A DNA stretch of 63,466 bases, filler included, from Sphingomonadaceae bacterium (GTDB lineage Bacteria > Chloroflexota > UBA6077): NCBI GenBank assembly GCA_050261575.1. It is 4 parts of 4 records of this genome, joined end to end, with 100 filler letters (N's around TTAATTAATTAA, not from the genome) between each part and the next. Parts side by side here need not be neighbours in the genome. Positions count along the whole stretch, not along the records: positions 58,669 to 63,466 come from JBLNDL010000036.1; 3 more parts are not named here. One strand, given 5' to 3'. Made by a program: the position numbers and the translations under genes. The notes beneath the pieces were generated by a model. It was not told the origin of the DNA. It did no database searches and saw only the letters and a program-made list of their open reading frames with translations. Of the stretch, positions 59,379-63,466 are shown in pieces. Each line of letters opens with the position of its first letter. The first letter of the stretch is position 1.

Positions 59379-59891
59379 TCAGTTCTCCCGAACGCAGAAG
59401 TGGCCGCCACCATCGAGCGGGTCGCCACAGAGCGGGCACGTGGGCCTTCCGGCCGAAATCACGGATTCGATTCTCTGGCTGAGAGCCCGTAGCTGGGTGG
59501 CGCTAGCCAGGCACGTGAAGGTGGCTGGTCCCTCTGGATCGTCGTCGGAGTCGTGCACGAGCAAGACGAACAGACGACTCTCGGTCTCGTATCCCAGCGA
59601 GAGCTGGCCTACCTTGAACTCGACCGACGGCGGCGTGGTGGCGTCCCTAGGGGAGGGCTCGTACGGTTCCGGCGCCTTTCCGTACAGCTTCCATTGAGGG
59701 CGACCGGAGACGCGGGCGAGTAGCTGGTCTATCGCCATGCCGAGGGCTCGCAGTTCCTCCTTCTCCAGCCAAAGGAAGGCGGTGCCATGCCGCCCGGTGA
59801 CGAGGAGCCGGAAGGTTCGCGTGCCCGGGGGGCCTTCTGCTTCTGCCTCCAATCTCGATACGGGTCCGAAATCGTTGGGTATGCCGGCCAT
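59379..59891 (-). CDS. DUF3090 family protein
   Basis: GPPGTRTF, LEKE, EFKVG.L.LG and GRPTCPLCG...GHFC motifs. Confidence 0.85.
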   Translation of the reverse strand: MAGIPNDFGPVSRLEAEAEGPPGTRTFRLLVTGRHGTAFLWLEKEELRALGMAIDQLLARVSGRPQWKLYGKAPEPYEPSPRDATTPPSVEFKVGQLSLGYETESRLFVLLVHDSDDDPEGPATFTCLASATQLRALSQRIESVISAGRPTCPLCGDPLDGGGHFCVREN

Positions 59892-59984
59892 TCCAACCTC
59901 ACGTCGACTTCTGTTGCGTCCTCAAGGATACCACACCGAGGAGTGCTCAGGACTGAGGACTGATCATCAGGACCCAGGACCGGG

Positions 59985-60794
59985 CTACACCAGCGGCCAC
60001 GGGATGTTGCGAGTGGGGTCGAGATGAGGGAACCTTCGCGTTTGGAGCAGCCTCTCGAGTCTTCGGAAGAGGGCATCGATCTCGGTGGAGGCAAGCTCTG
60101 GCTCCAACTCGGAGCGCAGCCTCTCCCGTCGCGATGCGTCGTCGCGCAGCGACTCCAAGTCGGCCGCCAGTTCCGGGGGAAACGGCTCGCCGCAGTACTC
60201 CCACAGCACGGTGCGAAGCTTGGGTTCCACGTGGAAGGTGAGGCCGTGGTCGATGGCCCACACCCGACCGTCGGCGCCGAGGAGACAGTGGCCCCCCTTG
60301 CGGTCAGCGTTGTTCACCAGTAGGTCGAACAGGGCGATTTGCGCCAGCTCCTTCCGGTGTCGCCGCTGAAGGTCGACGAGATCTGGCTGCCGCGCCGGGG
60401 GAACGTAGAGTTGCACGCTGCCGATCCCGAAGGGCCCGTCTCGGATGACGGTCACGGGCACGTTGGGCCAGCCGAGGTGGCGGCTTGTGACGTAGGCGGC
60501 GCGCTCACGACGGTGGAGGGTGCCGCTCGGAAAGTCCCAGAGTGGTCTCTCGCCGCGTTGAGGCTTGTACACGGCCAGGAACTGGCCTGGGCCGTCGGCC
60601 GCCATCAGGAGCGCGAAGGTGTAGTTGCTGCCGGCGAGGATCAGCTCGTGGGCCTGGATCTCTCCCTGCAAGAGCAGGGCCTCCGCCTCCCGGGCGGACA
60701 GCGCGATGGTGCGCCGGCCGTCCTGCGGTGCAGGCTCGCCCCGCCCCGCGCGCCGAGCCCTCCGTGGTGGTTCTCCCTGGTGACGCCGTGCCAC
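59985..60794 (-). CDS. SCO1664 family PI3/4-kinase-like protein
   Basis: GSNYT, VYKP.RGERPLWDFP and NNADRKGGH...IDHG motifs. Confidence 0.88.
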   Translation of the reverse strand: MARRHQGEPPRRARRAGRGEPAPQDGRRTIALSAREAEALLLQGEIQAHELILAGSNYTFALLMAADGPGQFLAVYKPQRGERPLWDFPSGTLHRRERAAYVTSRHLGWPNVPVTVIRDGPFGIGSVQLYVPPARQPDLVDLQRRHRKELAQIALFDLLVNNADRKGGHCLLGADGRVWAIDHGLTFHVEPKLRTVLWEYCGEPFPPELAADLESLRDDASRRERLRSELEPELASTEIDALFRRLERLLQTRRFPHLDPTRNIPWPLV

Positions 60795-61100
60795 AGTCTC
60801 CCTGAGACCAGACCCTCTAGACCTGCTCGTGACGTGCAGATGAGTGCGTCTCAGGGGATATCGTACCCGGCTTCCGGTGAAGCTTCAACCCACGGTGGAG
60901 CGCGATTCGGGCTCGGCCGTGAACGGCCGGGTAGCGATACTCCAACACGACCACGGAGACGCGGAATCGCCGAGGATTCTCGGGTTCTCTCGGTGTCGTT
61001 CCTGTGCCCTCGTGTCTCAGTGGTGGGTGCTGTCAGGCAGATCGGTGATGCCCATCGGGGGACATCGGTGGCGGCCATATCTACGGCCGCCACCCATCGG

Positions 61101-61304
61101 TCAAGGTCGGATTCCCACGGGCTCCAGCGGCATGACTGCCCAGAAGATGAAGTACAGCAGCACGCCCGGAAGCACTCCCGTGATCAGGGTAAACAACGCC
61201 CAGATCAATCGAATCGCGGTGGGATCGACGCCGAAGTACTCGCCTATTCCGCCGCAGACGCCCGCGATCATTCGTTGATCTCGGGAACGGTAGAATCTTC
61301 GCAT
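61101..61304 (-). CDS. PspC domain protein
   Basis: YRSRDQRMIAGVCGGIGEYFGVDPT followed by a TM helix. Confidence 0.88.
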   Translation of the reverse strand: MRRFYRSRDQRMIAGVCGGIGEYFGVDPTAIRLIWALFTLITGVLPGVLLYFIFWAVMPLEPVGIRP

Positions 61305-61688
61305 TTTCGCATCACCTCCCGTCACCCTGGTCGGGCAACCGTGTCAGGGCAAGGCTCGTGCCCGGCAGCGCCTCCCGCAGTGCGGCCCTGGGTATCGCAA
61401 CCGTGAGCGCCGGAGCTCGCCTGCGGGGGGGCGCCACGTCGGAGCTGGTCTCCGGCGCATCAGGCTGCCGCTCGCACACTGACGCCTCACTCTCTGGCGG
61501 CGTGTCCCCTGGCCCCCCTCCTTGCCGCGGTGGCCGCGATGCCCAACTCTCTATGGTTTGCCCGCGGCGGTAGTCTCACATATAATATGCCTATCGTTAG
61601 GAGACTGCGGCGAGGCCAACCCGAGCAGTTGCCCAGACGGCGGGACTCGGGAGCCTCGCTAATAGTGTAGGCCTCGAAAGGAGAGGGG

Positions 61689-61952
61689 ATGATCAAGATC
61701 CGGTTGCGGAGAACCGGCGCCAAGAAGCAGCCCAGCTACCGCATCGTGGTGGCTGATGCGAGAGCCCCGCGGGACGGCAAGTACATCGATCTGGTGGGGC
61801 ACTACAACCCACTGACCGAGCCTGCGACCATCCAGGTGGACGTGGAGAAGGCGGCGAAATGGGTAGGCCAGGGCGCCCAGATGACTGAGACCGTGGAGAA
61901 GCTGTTCACCCGGGCGGGGGTCATTGACCAGGTCAGGCGACCCCAAGAGTAG
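61689..61952 (+). CDS. rpsP: 30S ribosomal protein S16
   Basis: [29 protein letters not shown]. Confidence 0.97.
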   Translation: MIKIRLRRTGAKKQPSYRIVVADARAPRDGKYIDLVGHYNPLTEPATIQVDVEKAAKWVGQGAQMTETVEKLFTRAGVIDQVRRPQE

Positions 61953-61984
61953 ATCAACAGCCTGGGAAGGACGGACTCGCAGAG

Positions 61985-62212
61985 ATGAGAGAACTCGTGG
62001 AGTTCATCGCCCGCTCGCTCGTGGATGATCCCGACGCGGTCCGAGTCACGGAGATCGAGACTGATCAGTTGACCACTTACGAGATCGAGGTGGCGCCCGA
62101 CGAGGTGGGCAAGCTGATCGGCCGCCAGGGTCGCATCGTGAAGGCGATCCGCTCCGTGGTCAGAGCGTCGGCGGCGAGGCAGGGCAAGCGGGTGGCGGTC
62201 GAGGTCATCTAG
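61985..62212 (+). CDS. khpA: KH-domain RNA-binding protein
   Basis: GKLIGRQG motif and the conserved position after rpsP. Confidence 0.9.
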   Translation: MRELVEFIARSLVDDPDAVRVTEIETDQLTTYEIEVAPDEVGKLIGRQGRIVKAIRSVVRASAARQGKRVAVEVI

Positions 62213-62213
62213 A

Positions 62214-62738
62214 TTGGCAGAGATGTTCCTGGTCGTTGCTCGCATCGTGTCTCCCCAAGGTAACAGGGGCGAGGTGAAGGCCGAGGTGATCACCGATTTT
62301 CCGGAGAGGTTCGCCTCCACCTCCGCCGTGTACCTGGGGCCGGACCACCAGCGATTCGAGGTGGAGAGCCACCGTTTTCTCAGGGACGCCCTGGTGCTGA
62401 AGCTGAAGGGGGTCGACAGCATCGAAGACGCTGAGAAGCTGAGGGGGAAGCTGGTGGAGGTGCCGGAGGAGGAGGCCGTCGAGCTTCCGAAGGACCACTA
62501 CTTCTGGCACCAGATCATCGGCCTCACCGTGCTCACCGTCGGCGGTGAGCGGCTGGGGAAGGTCGTGGACATCCTGGAGACCGGCAGCAACGACGTCTAC
62601 GTGGTAGACGGACCCCGTGGGGAGCTTCTCATACCTGCCATCAAGCAGGTCGTCAAGTCCGTGGACCCCGCCGCCGGCACCATCACAGTGGAGTTGATGC
62701 CGGAGTTCGAGGAGAACCCTCCCCCGTCTTCCCCCTAG
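62214..62738 (+). CDS. rimM: 16S rRNA processing protein RimM
   Basis: G.RGEVK, YFWHQIIGL, TGSNDVYVV and LIPAI motifs. TTG start. Confidence 0.93.
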   Translation: MAEMFLVVARIVSPQGNRGEVKAEVITDFPERFASTSAVYLGPDHQRFEVESHRFLRDALVLKLKGVDSIEDAEKLRGKLVEVPEEEAVELPKDHYFWHQIIGLTVLTVGGERLGKVVDILETGSNDVYVVDGPRGELLIPAIKQVVKSVDPAAGTITVELMPEFEENPPPSSP

Positions 62739-62749
62739 AAGGCCATGCC

Positions 62750-63466
62750 ATGGCAGAGCGTCCGAGAGTCTATAGAACGAAGGGCGTGGTGCTGAAGAGG
62801 ATCGACCTCGGCGAGGCCGACAAGATCCTCACAGTCTACACCTCGGGCTCCGGCAAGCTGCGGGCTGTGGCCAAGGGGGTGCGGCGCCCCTCCAGTCGCC
62901 TGTCCGGCCACGTGGACGAGTTCGCCTACTCCGACATGTTGCTGGCCAAGGGACGAGAACTCGACATAGTCACCCAGAGCCAGACACTGGAGCCATTCCG
63001 TCGAATGCGCGAGGAGCTGTGGCGCACGAGCCACGGCTACTACGTGACGGAGCTGGTGGACAGCTTCACCGAGGAGCGGATCGAGAACCGTGAGCTGTTC
63101 GACCTGCTGGTGTCCACGCTTCGGATGCTGGCTGAGAGGGACGACCTGATTACCGTCGTCCGATTCTTCGAGCTTCATCTTCTCGACCTGGTGGGATACC
63201 GGCCGGAACTGACCCGCTGCCTCGGGTGTCGCGTGGAGATCCGGCCAGAGGCCAACTACTTCGATGCGGACCGCGGAGGGGTGCTTTGCCCGTCATGCGG
63301 GCGCGCGGACGTGGCGGCGATGCCGGTCTCCCTCAACGCCCTGAAGGTGCTGCGCCACCTGCAGAGACTCGATGCCCCACCCCTCAGGGGACTGAGGTTG
63401 GACGCGGCCACCCGTCGGGAGGTCGAGGGCGTCATGCGCTCCTACATCGAGCATCTGCTGGAGCGG
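62750..63466 (+). CDS. recO: DNA repair protein RecO (runs off window end; not in the ORF track)
   Basis: Translation from ATG 62750 gives MAERPRVYRTKGVVLKRIDLGEADKILTVYT..AVAKGVRR, with a later CxxC...CxxC Zn finger. Confidence 0.93.
   Translation, partial: MAERPRVYRTKGVVLKRIDLGEADKILTVYTSGSGKLRAVAKGVRRPSSRLSGHVDEFAYSDMLLAKGRELDIVTQSQTLEPFRRMREELWRTSHGYYVTELVDSFTEERIENRELFDLLVSTLRMLAERDDLITVVRFFELHLLDLVGYRPELTRCLGCRVEIRPEANYFDADRGGVLCPSCGRADVAAMPVSLNALKVLRHLQRLDAPPLRGLRLDAATRREVEGVMRSYIEHLLER

Overview
High-GC bacterial scaffold, most likely Chloroflexota (inferred from a Chloroflexi-type secreted YFxETG-domain protein and the SCO1664/DUF3090 pair). It consists of four contigs joined by artificial N44-TTAATTAATTAA-N44 linkers (30267-30366, 43355-43454, 58569-58668), so adjacency across the joins carries no meaning. 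Contig 1 holds accessory metabolism and transport genes, then comM split by a 9,132-bp element with intact serine-recombinase att sites. The element encodes a large serine recombinase, a lone HK97-fold major capsid protein, a terminase-type HNH nuclease with a cos-like tract, an MTase-nuclease fusion and small ORFs, but no terminase, portal, tail or recognisable replication gene. It is a candidate minimal phage satellite that may act as a comM switch. The distal part of a BREX-like locus follows (pglX-fic-pglZ-brxL). Contig 2 has an Mre11/SMC-like pair, an Fe3+ ABC transporter and fur-feoA-feoB with shared operator boxes. Contig 3 has a tandem glycine riboswitch ahead of tlyA-nadK-recN-argA-gcvT-gcvH-gcvPA-gcvPB, plus pckG, adh and mdh-fumarase. 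Contig 4 has vanZ, DUF3090, SCO1664, pspC and rpsP-khpA-rimM-recO. Several housekeeping genes carry in-frame palindromic repeat insertions.
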